Assembly (NCBI GenBank): GCA_034669905.1
Contig: JAXMOL010000009.1
Span: 96,001 to 160,000, forward strand
Direction of reading: 5' to 3'
DNA: 64,000 bases
Source: Candidatus Hydrogenedentota bacterium
GTDB lineage: Bacteria; Hydrogenedentota; Hydrogenedentia; Hydrogenedentales; JAEUWI01
Shown here piece after piece: positions 9,960 through 20,845 of this stretch; positions within the stretch are counted from its first letter, which is position 1; each line of letters begins with the position of its first letter. The notes beneath the pieces were generated by a model, which saw nothing but the letters and a program-made list of their open reading frames with translations, was not told the DNA's origin and did not search any database. Made by a program: the position numbers and the translations under genes.

Positions 9960-10694
9960 TCACGCAGTATGGGAAGGGGTTAGTGTACGCACAAGATGCA
10001 TTAAGGCTACCATATCGAGGGGTTTTTCAAGTATACCCGCGATTGGGTGCTGTCGCAGGGCCACTAGATTGGCCTCTTCTTCTTTCGTATACCCCGTGAC
10101 GATAAGCGTGGGAACGTGGTGCTCCTGCCGCAGCAATTCATCATATACTGCCGTACCATCCAGCACCGGCATACGTAAGTCCAATATAAGCAGGTCTATC
10201 GAACCCGCCGCAAGATGTTCCAGGGCCTGGGCGCCATTGTTCGCCAGCCGCACGGAGTACCCCGTGGATTGCAACAACTCCTCCAGGGAGTGGCTGAAAT
10301 CCTGGTCATCATCCGCCACCAGGATGACCCCCACGGAAGCACAACCCTTCACCAGATTCAGCACGGCCTCTATTTCCAGCGGTTTCTCCATCACCGCCCA
10401 CGCCCCGTTGTCTTCCGCCTCTTTCATGAGCGACTCCAGCCTGAATCCCGTCATCATCACCACCTTGGAGTTCGGTTTCATTGCTTTGATTTCGAGGAAA
10501 CTCTCCACCCCGTTCCGCTTCGGTAACCTGACGTCCATGAAAGAAAGATCGTAGTCCTTCTTTCGGAAGCACGAAACGGCCTCCTCCCCTGTGTGACACA
10601 AGTCTACCTGGCAGCCTTCCGACTCCAGTACATCGGTCAGTGCCTCAGCAAAGTCTACATCATCATCGACCACCAACACACTAAGTGACTTCAT
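9960..10694 (-). CDS. Response regulator with two tandem receiver domains and no output domain
   Basis: VLVVDDD...FMDVRLP...EKP, then ILVADDD...LDLRMP...EKP; start MKSLS at 10694. Confidence 0.88.
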   Translation of the reverse strand: MKSLSVLVVDDDVDFAEALTDVLESEGCQVDLCHTGEEAVSCFRKKDYDLSFMDVRLPKRNGVESFLEIKAMKPNSKVVMMTGFRLESLMKEAEDNGAWAVMEKPLEIEAVLNLVKGCASVGVILVADDDQDFSHSLEELLQSTGYSVRLANNGAQALEHLAAGSIDLLILDLRMPVLDGTAVYDELLRQEHHVPTLIVTGYTKEEEANLVALRQHPIAGILEKPLDMVALMHLVRTLTPSHTA

Positions 10695-10923
10695 ACCATG
10701 CCTCCATACCTTATAGCATAGCTGTTTTTGCGGGATTATCCAAGTATGAAAGACGTGAATCGGGGAATGCCGGGCGCGGATCAGGTCGATTTCCGCTCTT
10801 CCTGCCATGCGGGGCGGTCGAGAAATTGGAGTCCGCTCGGCCGGACAGGGGGTGCACACCTTCCAGGAGGAGCGACAGCCCGTTCATTACGCCCCAATTG
10901 CTCCCGGTACCGACGTGAACAAC

Positions 10924-11739
10924 CTAACCCAGCGCCACGTCCAGCATCATCATGGTCGTGAATCCGGTCATGGTGGCCAGCGTGACCAGATCGATATTCT
11001 TCTCGTTCGCCTGAGACTCTGGAACGAGCTCTTCGATGACCACAAAAATCATAGCTCCGGCGGCAAAGCTGAGGGCGTAGGGGAGTACATTCTCCATGTA
11101 GATCACAAAGGCCGCCCCGATAACCCCGGCGACGGGTTCCACCATGCCCGACGCCTGGCCAAAGAGGAAGCTCTTGGCCCGCCCCATCCCCTCACGCCGC
11201 AGGGGCAAGGAGACGGCGGCCCCCTCGGGAAAATTCTGGAGGCCGATCCCGATGGCCAGCGCAATCGCGGCACCGAGGGTCGCCGAGGAAAGCCCGGCGG
11301 CGACCGCACCGAAGGCCACACCGATCGCGAGACCCTCCGGGATGTTGTGCAGCGTGATGGCGAGCACGAGCAGGGTACTCCGTTGCCAGGAAGTCTTTAT
11401 CCCCTCGCTCTTATCGACGGCGAAACCCGGGTGAAGGTGGGGGAGCAGCCGGTCGGTTACCCGCATGAAAAAACCACCGCCCATAAATCCGACGGCGGCG
11501 GTCAACCACGGGATTTGCCCCAACTCCCGGGACATTTCAATGCCCGGTGCGAGTAGCGACCAGAAGCTTGCGGCGATCATTACCCCCGCTGCGAATCCGA
11601 GCATGGAGTCCATCAATCGGGCGTTAACGCTTCGCGTAAAGAAAACGACGGCGGCCCCGGCCGCTGTAACACCCCAGGTAAAAAGCGTCGCCAACAAGGC
11701 CTGGGTGACGGGACTATACGGTGCGAGGAAATCGATCAT
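10924..11739 (-). CDS. ZIP-family (GufA/ZupT) metal transporter
   Basis: AAGVMIAASFWSL, ITLHNIPEGLAIG, LQNFPEG, FAAGAMIFVVIEELVPE. Confidence 0.9.
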   Translation of the reverse strand: MIDFLAPYSPVTQALLATLFTWGVTAAGAAVVFFTRSVNARLMDSMLGFAAGVMIAASFWSLLAPGIEMSRELGQIPWLTAAVGFMGGGFFMRVTDRLLPHLHPGFAVDKSEGIKTSWQRSTLLVLAITLHNIPEGLAIGVAFGAVAAGLSSATLGAAIALAIGIGLQNFPEGAAVSLPLRREGMGRAKSFLFGQASGMVEPVAGVIGAAFVIYMENVLPYALSFAAGAMIFVVIEELVPESQANEKNIDLVTLATMTGFTTMMMLDVALG

Positions 11740-12094
11740 GCCAAGTCTGTCTTTCTACTTCCAAAAACGCGCGATCCTCCGGTGGGGCGTTTCGGTTGGG
11801 ATACCCGGAATGTTGTTTTGCCCTTGCCTCGGAGGACGAATGGGCGTCGTTGATGATAGCAATACGCCGGTATCACCCACAACCGGAAAGTCCACCCGCA
11901 CCGGGTTTCGACGTGTTCTTTCGGGTTGCGGAATCGCTTCAAAAAGGGGGGCTCGGATAGAACCACCCGCATGGGCCGTGTTAGATTGTAGGTTGATGAC
12001 GCACGTGTTCCGTGCATTTCGCACCAACCATTGGCGGCTATCCTCAATCGGGTTGGACCCGGTGTCCAGCGAGCCCCAAAGAAAAGAGGGTCTT

Positions 12095-14440
12095 ATGCCC
12101 ATTCGATTTGCCTGTATTCTTGCATTGGGTACCTTGCTGGTGCTTGCCCCGGCCTCGGCCGACATTGCCCAGGCCGACTATGGCGCGATTGTGGCCGCGC
12201 GCAATGCGGAAAAGGAAGCCCTGCTGGCCCAGAGCCCTTTCCTCACCCTGCGCAATGACCTCTTCGCCCGATACGTCCGGGATCCGGAGGCCCCCGTCAT
12301 GGAGGGCGATGTGGTGGTTGATGGGACCTGGGTGATTCTTCAGCCCCGCCCGGATCATCCCGTCGCCGCAAAAAGCGCTTTCCTGCTGAGTACCTATTTT
12401 CAGACGGTCATGGGGCTGGAAATTCCCGTAAAAGCGGAGATCGCCGACCGCAAGCGCTATGGTGGCATCATCGCCCTGGAAAGCCAGGGTGGGGGAGAGG
12501 AAGCCATCAAAGAGAGCTTCACCGTCCGTGTGGCCCCAACGGAAATCCGGGTCGCGGGTGTGGATACCGCAGGACTCCGCGATGGCACCGTGCGCCTCAT
12601 CGACCTCTTCGGTTTTCGCATGGCACCCCGTCTCCAACCGCAAGATATTACCTATACCCCCCGGATTCCCATGCGCCGCTCCAGCAGTGTGCCCAACTAT
12701 GATATGACCATCCTCCTGGGGAGCAATGCCGTCGGCGTCGGGGGCGGCGAGCTCTACGCCTTCTCCACGTCAGAAGCGATTCCGGAATTGGCCGTACGGC
12801 GCGTCCCGGGCTCCCTCGAAGGCCTCGCAGCAGCCGCCAAAAACGCAGCGGATAATGGCCTCGATGCCCACGCCCATTTCGGTATTCGGACCAAGTTTCC
12901 CGAGGACGACCCGGTACTGCTGGCCCACCCCGAGATTCGCGGGGCCCTCACGTGGAGTGCCGATGGCGAATACAATCTGTGCACCGAACACCCCATGGTG
13001 AAGCAATACCTCCAGGAATCCATGGAAGAAGTCTTCCGGGGCGCGCCGGATCTGCAGGGCATCGAAATCATCATTGGCGGCGAAAACTTTTACCACTGCT
13101 TCATGCGACCCTATCCCCAGGTGAAGGGCCACACCAATTGCGAACGCTGCGAAGCCCTCGGACCCGATGTCGTGGTTTCCAACCTGGTAAACGGCCTGGC
13201 TGAGGCCGCGCGGCGGGCCAATCCCCATGCCGTGGTGGAGGCCTGGCCCTATTCCGCTGTTTCGCTCTGGGCGTCCGACGCCTACCAGAGTGGCCTCATC
13301 GCGCGCCTGAACCCCGGCACCGCCATCCTCACGGAAGCCGCCAAAGACACCCTCCTCGACAAGCCCTTTGGCATCAAGAAACTGCTATGGGATTACAGTA
13401 TCGACCTTACCGGACCCAGTGAGCGGGCCATGCGCCAGATTGAATTGTGCAACGAGCGGGGTATTCCAACCACCGTCTTGAGCATGTATGAAATGAGCTT
13501 CGAAGCCGCCCTGCTCCCCGAAATCCCCTGTATGGACCGCTGGGCGGCCCGGGCAGACGGCCTGGCCGGTTCCGGCGCCGATGGGGCCTACCTCTGGGAA
13601 ATGGGGCCCTACTACGGGGGCTTTTCCGCCGAGGTCTACAAACACTTCATGTGGAATCCCGCGCCCCCCCAGGAAGAACTGCTGAATAAACTCGCTGCCC
13701 GTGTCGCCGGCTTCCAGGCCGCGCCCCACCTCCGTGAAGCCTGGCGCAACGTTTCCGAAGCCATCGGGTGGAGTCCGGAGATTCCTTCCTACTACAAAGG
13801 CCCCCTCTACATCGGCCCCGCCCAGCCCATGGTGGCCGACAAAAACGCCGAAATCGACGAGCTCTTCGATGGCTACTACCTCTTCCTCGCCGAGATGAAG
13901 CCTTCCGAAGGACTCAAATCCCACCCGACCTATTTCGTGGACGCCTCCGGGGGGAAGCAGGCCGAGGCCTTCAGCAAGTCCTACGACAAGATGAACGAAT
14001 ACCTGGTGAAAGCCAACGCCGCCATTGCCAAAGCCACCGACCTCGTGCCTGCGCAAAACACGGTGCTCTTTCAATCCCAGGCCTACCCTATTCAATGGCT
14101 CTACCACTCCGTGCGCACCCAGGCCAACTTCAACCGCTCCTGCCTGATTCGCGATGAACTGATTCCCCTCTCGGAGGCTGCCCCCTTAGACGCCGCACAG
14201 AAAGCCCGGGCCACCGAACTCTACACCCAATGGCGGGCCGTCTTAAGCGACGAACTCGAAAACGCCCGCGCCGCCGCTCCCGTCGCCCGCGCCGACGTGC
14301 GCCTGGACTGTTACTATCGCGGCGACCATATGTTCAACCACCTCTGGGACATGGTCGATGCCAAGATTGTCTTGCTGCAAGAAGAACTCGACGTCTTCCT
14401 GCCCGCCGTCGCCAAGCGCTGTGGCATTGGGGCGTCATGA
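12095..14440 (+). CDS. Large secreted hypothetical protein, possibly glycoside-hydrolase-like
   Basis: Signal peptide MPIRFAC...APASA after GAGG; ESFTVRV...IRVAGVDTAGLRDG resembles GH20/GH67 N-terminal domains; HC...CERC motif. Confidence 0.6.
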   Translation: MPIRFACILALGTLLVLAPASADIAQADYGAIVAARNAEKEALLAQSPFLTLRNDLFARYVRDPEAPVMEGDVVVDGTWVILQPRPDHPVAAKSAFLLSTYFQTVMGLEIPVKAEIADRKRYGGIIALESQGGGEEAIKESFTVRVAPTEIRVAGVDTAGLRDGTVRLIDLFGFRMAPRLQPQDITYTPRIPMRRSSSVPNYDMTILLGSNAVGVGGGELYAFSTSEAIPELAVRRVPGSLEGLAAAAKNAADNGLDAHAHFGIRTKFPEDDPVLLAHPEIRGALTWSADGEYNLCTEHPMVKQYLQESMEEVFRGAPDLQGIEIIIGGENFYHCFMRPYPQVKGHTNCERCEALGPDVVVSNLVNGLAEAARRANPHAVVEAWPYSAVSLWASDAYQSGLIARLNPGTAILTEAAKDTLLDKPFGIKKLLWDYSIDLTGPSERAMRQIELCNERGIPTTVLSMYEMSFEAALLPEIPCMDRWAARADGLAGSGADGAYLWEMGPYYGGFSAEVYKHFMWNPAPPQEELLNKLAARVAGFQAAPHLREAWRNVSEAIGWSPEIPSYYKGPLYIGPAQPMVADKNAEIDELFDGYYLFLAEMKPSEGLKSHPTYFVDASGGKQAEAFSKSYDKMNEYLVKANAAIAKATDLVPAQNTVLFQSQAYPIQWLYHSVRTQANFNRSCLIRDELIPLSEAAPLDAAQKARATELYTQWRAVLSDELENARAAAPVARADVRLDCYYRGDHMFNHLWDMVDAKIVLLQEELDVFLPAVAKRCGIGAS

Positions 14441-14667
14441 GCTGGGCCTTAGCCCCCTCACACCGCCCGGTGCGGGCGTGGCAAGGTGATGTCGTGCGCC
14501 ACGATCTCAACCCCGGAAAATCTACTAATCACGCGCCTTGCATCACGTGCCCTGTGGAGCCCATCTCAAGCCTTATGTCGACCAGGTCGTAGACGCGTCG
14601 TGGCGGGAATGGTCAACCCCCTGTTGATGGTGTGCAACGAGAGTGCATCTCTGAAACGTCGAGACAC

Positions 14668-14700
14668 AAAAAAGGACCCACACCATCGGCGTAAGTCCTT
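14668..14700 (-). terminator. Intrinsic terminator after tRNA
   Basis: Minus strand AAGGACTTAC...GTGGGTCCTT then T-run. Confidence 0.65.
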
Positions 14701-14708
14701 GATATGAT

Positions 14709-14785
14709 TGGTGGGCCCTGCTGGACTCGAACCAGCGACCAAGTGATTATGAGTCACCTGCTCTAACCAACTGAGCTAAGGGCCC
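14709..14785 (-). tRNA. tRNA-Ile2 (CAT anticodon, lysidine type)
   Basis: 77-nt cloverleaf GGGCCCTTAGCTCAGTTGGTTAGAGCAGGTGACTCATAATCAC...GGTTCGAGTCCAGCAGGGCCCACCA; closely resembles ileX-type tRNAs; follows rpoD. Confidence 0.9.
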
Positions 14786-14806
14786 GCGATGTTTCAGCGG
14801 GGGCTG

Positions 14807-14836
14807 ATCATACTGGGTTGGGCGATAGAAACGCAA
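14807..14836 (-). promoter_or_regulatory. Putative sigma70 promoter for the tRNA
   Basis: TTGCGT-N18-TATGAT followed by a GC-rich discriminator. Confidence 0.5.
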
Positions 14837-14867
14837 GGGCCGAATGAAGAATTTCCTCATTCGGCCC
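14837..14867 (-). terminator. Hairpin/terminator after rpoD
   Basis: Perfect 11-bp stem GGGCCGAATGA/TCATTCGGCCC. Confidence 0.55.
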
Positions 14868-14890
14868 GTGGATTTGGTCTGTTGCAATGC

Positions 14891-16654
14891 CTACTGCATG
14901 AGGCTCCAGTCGAGGAAGGTCTTCAGCTCGCGGGAGCGCGTGGGATGACGCATCTTCCGCAGGGCCTTGGCCTCTATCTGGCGCACGCGTTCGCGGGTTA
15001 CGTTGAACACGCTGCCCACTTCTTCCAGGGTACGGGGGTAGCCGTCGCCCAGGCCGAAGCGGAGGCGCAGTACCTTTTCTTCCCGCTCCGTGAGGGAGCC
15101 GAGGACTTCGTCGAGGCGCTCCTGGAAGACGCTGAAGGCCGTGGCATTCGCCGGGCTTTCGGCACCCTTGTCTTCGATGAAATCACCGAAGCTCGAGTCG
15201 CCTTCGTCACCCACGGGGGTTTCGAGGCTGATGGCTTCCTGGGCAATCTTGAGAATGGAGCGGACCTTGTCGGCCGACATTTCCATCTCTTCCGCAATCT
15301 CTTCCGGGCTGGGCTCGCGACCCAGTTCCTGGACGAGGCGGCGGCTGGTGCGGACGAGTTTGTTGATGGACTCGATCATGTGCACGGGGATACGGATGGT
15401 CCGGGCCTGGTCGGCAATGGACCGGGTGATGGCCTGACGAATCCACCACGTGGCATAGGTGGAGAACTTATAGCCACGCTGGTATTCGAACTTGTCCACC
15501 GCCTTCATGAGGCCGATGTTGCCTTCCTGGATCAGATCGAGGAAAGACATGCCGCGGTTGGTGTATTTCTTACCAATACTCACCACCAGACGGAGGTTGG
15601 CTTCCACCAGCTCCATCTTGGCGTTGTAGATGAGCTCTTCGCGGTGTTTGATGACGTCAATCAGCTCGCTGATTTCGTCGGCATTGAGCTTGGCGTCGCT
15701 CTCGATCTGATCGATCTTGCGCTGCGCGATGGTCAGGCGCCGTTCGGCATCAAAGATCTGCTCCTTCTCCACGTTCAGCTTTTCAGCGACCGCGGCGGAG
15801 CGACGGATCTTGACCGCCATGTCATGGACTTCTTCCGAGCCAAAGCCGACTTCCCGTTCTACCCGATCAATTTCGTCGCGGCAGGCGGAGATACGGCGCT
15901 TAAGGCCCTTGATCTTACGTCCGATCTTAGAGATTTCTTTTGACTTGAGCTTGAACTTGCAAATGATGTCAATCTGCTCGGTGCGGTACTCGGCAATTTT
16001 CTTGTCGATATTGGCCCGGCTCTTTTCCGAGAGACCCGTGCGGCGGGAGCGTTTGTCCTGCGCGCCGATGGATTCGTCCAGTTCGACGATTTGTTCCATC
16101 AGATCGGGGAGGTCGTTCACAAAGCGGTGCTGCACCCGGGTGTCTTCATCTTTGCAGATCTGGGCGTAGTTCAACCGGCCAGCGAGCAGCCGCGCACCGA
16201 TCATCTGCACTTCTTTCAGGGTGTAGGGCGTGCCCAGGATGACGTCATTGAGGTCATCTTCGGCGGCTTCAATGCGCTTGGCAATGGCCACTTCCTGATC
16301 TTTGGTCAGCAGGGGCACCCGGCCCATTTCCCGCAGATACATGCGGACGGGGTCGTCGGCCCGTTCCAGACGGGTATGGGCGGCCTCGCGACGAAGTTCG
16401 GCCTTCTTGGCGATCTTCTCTTTGCGCTTTTCCTCGGCCTTCTTCTCGGAATCGATCTTCAGATCGTCCACGATTTCGACGTTGGTTTCGCTCAAGGCAA
16501 CCATGACATCATCGATCTGCGCCGGCGTGGCATCGTTGGGAAGGATCTCGCCCAGCTCGTCATAGGTGAGCTTTCCGGTTTCCTTCGCCCGTTCGATGGC
16601 CTCCGTCGTCTTCTGATCGGTAATGATCGATTTCTTTTTCTTCGCTACGGCCAT
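14891..16654 (-). CDS. rpoD: RNA polymerase primary sigma factor RpoD
   Basis: Region 1.1; [66 protein letters not shown]. Confidence 0.97.
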   Translation of the reverse strand: MAVAKKKKSIITDQKTTEAIERAKETGKLTYDELGEILPNDATPAQIDDVMVALSETNVEIVDDLKIDSEKKAEEKRKEKIAKKAELRREAAHTRLERADDPVRMYLREMGRVPLLTKDQEVAIAKRIEAAEDDLNDVILGTPYTLKEVQMIGARLLAGRLNYAQICKDEDTRVQHRFVNDLPDLMEQIVELDESIGAQDKRSRRTGLSEKSRANIDKKIAEYRTEQIDIICKFKLKSKEISKIGRKIKGLKRRISACRDEIDRVEREVGFGSEEVHDMAVKIRRSAAVAEKLNVEKEQIFDAERRLTIAQRKIDQIESDAKLNADEISELIDVIKHREELIYNAKMELVEANLRLVVSIGKKYTNRGMSFLDLIQEGNIGLMKAVDKFEYQRGYKFSTYATWWIRQAITRSIADQARTIRIPVHMIESINKLVRTSRRLVQELGREPSPEEIAEEMEMSADKVRSILKIAQEAISLETPVGDEGDSSFGDFIEDKGAESPANATAFSVFQERLDEVLGSLTEREEKVLRLRFGLGDGYPRTLEEVGSVFNVTRERVRQIEAKALRKMRHPTRSRELKTFLDWSLMQ

Positions 16655-16697
16655 GGCTAACCCTCGATTGGTCCTGCTGGTCGGTGTCGCGGCAACA

Positions 16698-18455
16698 CTA
16701 CGATGCCCCGACACGCTCCAACGCTTGTCCTACTAGTACTTTCTTCTGCAACAATTCGACCATGCGGGCCGTGTCTTGACTCCGTTCGGCTTCCTGAAGC
16801 TGAATTTTTAGATTTGCGGCTTCCGCGCGCAACGCTTCTTTCTTCAGGCGATTCAAACGCAGCCCGACGAGGGCGGCAGGGTCTTTTATGGTGTCCGGCT
16901 CCGACGCCGCCGCAGCGGCATACAGGCTCCGGGCCTCTTCCGTTCCAAAATCCGTTGCCAGGCGCTGCTCCCCTTCAAAGAGGAGTACGCGTAACACTTC
17001 CGCGAGGGGACCGAGGCTAAGGGCACCCGAATCGAGCAATTCGGTGCGGGCCTTTTCCAGCAACGCGGGATCATTCAACAAGACCGCGACAAAATCCCGG
17101 TCGTCTTTGCTCACATAAATCGGCCGCGCCTCCGAGATCTCCTCGGTGGGGGGCTGGCGATAGCCCTGGGTGACGAAGCGTTCATACTCGTTGCGGCATG
17201 CCCGTTCATTCAGACGCAATTCCCGGGCGGTGAGTTTCAGGTACTCGTCCAGTCGTACTTCATCGTCGATATGACGCAAAATCTCAAATATTTCATGGGC
17301 TACCGCGGTTGCGCCTTCAATGCTGCTGAGCCTGGATTCGCTCTGCTGCGCATAAAAGGTCACAAAATCCGGCGCATCCTTCAGTTGCGCGCGAAAGGCA
17401 TCCGCACCGGCATGACGAATATAGTCGTCCGGGTCCTGTCCGTCGGGCAGGGCCATACCGCGGACGGCAAGACCGGCGGCCGTCAACACACCGGTGCCTT
17501 TCATGGCGGCCGCGATGCCAGCCGCGTCGCCGTCATACACCAACACCACATCGGGCACATAGCGGCGAATCAGCGACGCCTGCTCTGGCGTGAGCGCCGT
17601 GCCGCATGTGGCAACCACATTCTCTATACCCGCATCGAAACAGCGGAGGGCATCAAAATAGCCTTCCACCAGGATGACAAACTTCTCACGGCGCATGGCG
17701 TCCCGGGCTTCGTGCAGCCCATAGAGCACCTTGCTCTTCCGGTAGACCTGGGTCTCTGGCGAATTAATATACTTGGCCGGGCTGTCGCCCAGATCGCGGC
17801 CACCGAAGGCCACCACATTGCCCGATACATCCTTGATCGGAAAAATCAGCCGATCCCGAAAGGTGTCGTAATAATTGCCGCGCTCACCCTGCTTGATGAG
17901 GCCACTGCTATCCAATACCTTCTGGTCGGTACCTTTCTTCACGGCGGCATCATACAGGGAGTGCCATTCGTCGGGCACCACACCCAGGCCAAAGCGCTCG
18001 ATGGTCTCGGGCTTGAGCGCACGGGTCTCCAAATAGGTGCGGCCTTTTTCGCCGCGTTGGGGATGTTTCAACAGGGCACGGTAGTATTTGCTGGCGCTCT
18101 TGTTAAAGGCTAACAATTGTATGCGCAGTCCGTCCCGTTCCTGGCTCGCTTCCGTGACCGCAGGGAGGCGTACGCTTCCGCGATCAGCCAGTTGTTGCAG
18201 GGCTTCTGTGAAATCGAGTCCTTCATGTTCCTGGACAAAGCTCAGGGCGTCGCCACTCTTGCCACAGCCAAAACAGTGGTAATACTGTCGATCAACGCTG
18301 ACGGTGAACGAGGGTGTTTTTTCGCGGTGAAAGGGGCACAGGGCCTTCATTCGTCCGCCACCGGCGTTTTTCAATTCCACATGCGCGCCGATTACCTGGA
18401 CAATATCATTGGCCGCCAGGACTTCCGCAATCACTTCTCGTGGATACATTGGCAC
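16698..18455 (-). CDS. dnaG: DNA primase
   Basis: CPFH...CFGC zinc finger, [12 protein letters not shown], Toprim EGYFD and YDGDAAG, DPDD. Confidence 0.97.
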   Translation of the reverse strand: MPMYPREVIAEVLAANDIVQVIGAHVELKNAGGGRMKALCPFHREKTPSFTVSVDRQYYHCFGCGKSGDALSFVQEHEGLDFTEALQQLADRGSVRLPAVTEASQERDGLRIQLLAFNKSASKYYRALLKHPQRGEKGRTYLETRALKPETIERFGLGVVPDEWHSLYDAAVKKGTDQKVLDSSGLIKQGERGNYYDTFRDRLIFPIKDVSGNVVAFGGRDLGDSPAKYINSPETQVYRKSKVLYGLHEARDAMRREKFVILVEGYFDALRCFDAGIENVVATCGTALTPEQASLIRRYVPDVVLVYDGDAAGIAAAMKGTGVLTAAGLAVRGMALPDGQDPDDYIRHAGADAFRAQLKDAPDFVTFYAQQSESRLSSIEGATAVAHEIFEILRHIDDEVRLDEYLKLTARELRLNERACRNEYERFVTQGYRQPPTEEISEARPIYVSKDDRDFVAVLLNDPALLEKARTELLDSGALSLGPLAEVLRVLLFEGEQRLATDFGTEEARSLYAAAAASEPDTIKDPAALVGLRLNRLKKEALRAEAANLKIQLQEAERSQDTARMVELLQKKVLVGQALERVGAS

Positions 18456-18620
18456 GCGCCGGAGAACACCTTTCCAAGCAAATCAATTCTTCGAAACCCG
18501 CATACCCCTTAACAGATTCCATAAATTATGTTGTAGCTACTACCCACCTATGGATAGGCACAGCACGGCCCAAGGATCTGTCAAGACGTGAATGCACTAT
18601 ACCACGCCACGGGATTCTTG

Positions 18621-19367
18621 TCAAATATCGGGCGTCTTGGGAGCGCGCGGAAGGATGCCCAGCCAGGAACCCAGGCGGTACCGGAGGATGAGCAGGATCA
18701 TCTGGCAGCCCAGGGTAAAGGCGCGGAAGAGACTGCCCGTCACGGAGGATTCGCCCACCCGTTTCCGGTAGTTGACGGGGATTTCCACAAAGGGAAAGCC
18801 GTTCAAGATAACGAGCAGCATGAGCTGGGGGCCGAAGTGAGAGCCCCCAATCGTGAATTGGGGGCGGATTTTTTCATAGGCGTCTCGGTGGAGGAGACGC
18901 ATGGTGCAGCCCACGTCGCTGAGGAAGGTGGTGTTGAAGAGAAATTCCATGAGCTTGCCGACGGCATAGTTGCCCCACTTGAGAAAGATCCCCATGTTGG
19001 CCCCGTCCCACACAAATTCCCGGGCGGTCCGGGTGCCGAAGACCACCGGCACGTCATCGCTGAAGGCCAGCAGCTTGATCACATCATTGCCGGAAAAGGT
19101 GCCGTCGGGCTCGGCGATGATGAGGAGCTCGCCTTCGGCTTCTTCCAGGCCCTTCCAGATGGCCCGGCCATAGCCCTGGGCGCTTTCGTAGACCAGGCGG
19201 GCGTCGGTGGGGGCCACTTCCTCATCCGTCCCCTCCGCTGCATTGTTATTGACGACGATGATTTCATCCACGTAGCCCGAGGCAAAAAAATCCTCAATGG
19301 CCGCCCGGATAGAGTCCTTTTCGTTGTAGGTAGGAAAGATTACCGATACTTTTTTATCGCGCCACAT
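18621..19367 (-). CDS. GT2 glycosyltransferase (polyprenol-phosphate glycosyltransferase/DPM1-like)
   Basis: VSVIFPTYNE, GYG, EPDG (DxD-like), VFGTR, EIPVNYRKRVGES. Confidence 0.88.
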   Translation of the reverse strand: MWRDKKVSVIFPTYNEKDSIRAAIEDFFASGYVDEIIVVNNNAAEGTDEEVAPTDARLVYESAQGYGRAIWKGLEEAEGELLIIAEPDGTFSGNDVIKLLAFSDDVPVVFGTRTAREFVWDGANMGIFLKWGNYAVGKLMEFLFNTTFLSDVGCTMRLLHRDAYEKIRPQFTIGGSHFGPQLMLLVILNGFPFVEIPVNYRKRVGESSVTGSLFRAFTLGCQMILLILRYRLGSWLGILPRAPKTPDI

Positions 19368-19417
19368 ACAAACCTCGTCTCATCGCCCTGCCCGATGGTG
19401 GGCACGCACGTTGGGGT

Positions 19418-20845
19418 TTACCAGTAGGTGTAAAAGAAGGACTCAATGAACCAGCACTGAAACAGTAGAAAGGACACCGTGGCCAAGAGGGGGCCGGTGT
19501 GCTGTTGTTGCGCAATTCCCCGGCCCAGGTAGTGGGCCGCCGGGATGACCAGAAAGGGGAAGAGATAGAGGGCAGACCGTTCACCTTCCCCCCGGGCCAG
19601 GTAGAGGAGGTTCAGCACGATAAGCATCAGGGCGAATATCCACCAGCGGTGACGCAGTGTGGGGTCGCCGCGGAAAAACTCCCGGATGGCCAGCACCGAT
19701 ACGGGGATGCCCGCGAAGAAGAACCAGCACGCCGGGTTGAGAATGCGGTAGGTCCAGGCCGGGAGGCGGGGGGAGAGGATGTCCAGATGGGCCTGATCCT
19801 GGTCGAATTGCTGCTTGGCCATTAGAAAGGTCTCATAGATATTGAAGCCTGACCACCAGTAGACCGCCCCGATGACGCTGAGCAGACCCAGCACCATGAG
19901 CAGGGCGGTTTGAAAAACGTTGCGCCGTGTTTCGGGATTCCGCAGCATCCAGAGTCCCACCAGACCAAAATAGGCCCCCATGCCAATAAGAGAGAATTTC
20001 AGCAGGGTCATGACGCCATAGCCGATCCCTGCGAGAAGGCCGAAGCGGGTAGAACAGTGCCGGATGGCCCGTTCAAAGCAGTAGAGGGTCGTGAGGGTGA
20101 AGGGCGTGAAGAGGGCATCGGCGCTGGTGGCGGTGAAGAGCACGATGGAAGGCACCAGGCTGTAGCAGACACAGGCGATAAAGGCGGTCCGTTGATTGGT
20201 GATCATACGGGCCCAGCCATAGAGGGGGAAAATGGCGAGGCTGCTGACCACGATGGTCGCTACGGAGAGACTGAAGGGGGAGTTGCCCACAAAATAGGAC
20301 AGGAACCACAAGAGCGCGATGGGTCCGGGGGGATGGACCTTTGCGTGCATCGACAAATAGGGGAAGAGGTTGTCGTCTGTATAGCGTTCAAAAAGCTGTT
20401 GGATATTTCGGGTTTTTCCAATGTCCCCGATGTATTCATAGGTCTGGCGGTTGTAGGCCTGCTCGATGCCCCACCACCCGTCCCGAATCATGGCAATGGC
20501 GGCCGCAAAGAACACCGCAAAGAGGAAAACGCCGCCGAGCAACCACAGGGCCTCCTTGCGGGAACGTTCATCGGGCGATAGGAGCACGGGGAAAAGGAAT
20601 CGACGGAGTACTAAGAGCCCCGTACCCGCCACGATCAGGGTCGGAATCTGCCAGCGGAGATCGGCAAACGAGGTGAGCGCAGGTGAAAAAAGGGCATAAA
20701 ATGGTGTAGGGTGTCCGTAGATGCTTTCCAGGCCCACGAGCCAGAGTCCTCCCATAAGGAGGAGATACCCGGCCATAGTGCGGGTAAATAGACTGGTTAC
20801 GTCCCCCCCCGAGGGGGCAGGTACTTCCTGAATGCGGCGCTGCAT
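19418..20845 (-). CDS. Multi-TM GT-C glycosyltransferase (ArnT/PMT-like)
   Basis: About 12 hydrophobic segments, HPPGP loop motif; adjacent to GT2; start uncertain. Confidence 0.7.
   Translation of the reverse strand: MQRRIQEVPAPSGGDVTSLFTRTMAGYLLLMGGLWLVGLESIYGHPTPFYALFSPALTSFADLRWQIPTLIVAGTGLLVLRRFLFPVLLSPDERSRKEALWLLGGVFLFAVFFAAAIAMIRDGWWGIEQAYNRQTYEYIGDIGKTRNIQQLFERYTDDNLFPYLSMHAKVHPPGPIALLWFLSYFVGNSPFSLSVATIVVSSLAIFPLYGWARMITNQRTAFIACVCYSLVPSIVLFTATSADALFTPFTLTTLYCFERAIRHCSTRFGLLAGIGYGVMTLLKFSLIGMGAYFGLVGLWMLRNPETRRNVFQTALLMVLGLLSVIGAVYWWSGFNIYETFLMAKQQFDQDQAHLDILSPRLPAWTYRILNPACWFFFAGIPVSVLAIREFFRGDPTLRHRWWIFALMLIVLNLLYLARGEGERSALYLFPFLVIPAAHYLGRGIAQQQHTGPLLATVSFLLFQCWFIESFFYTYW

Noticed and set aside
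14441..14708. Integrative element or att site at the tRNA 3' end
   Set aside because: No integrase nearby and no duplicated tRNA 3' end; the short TGGTGGGCCC match near 37062 lies within a CDS and is likely chance.
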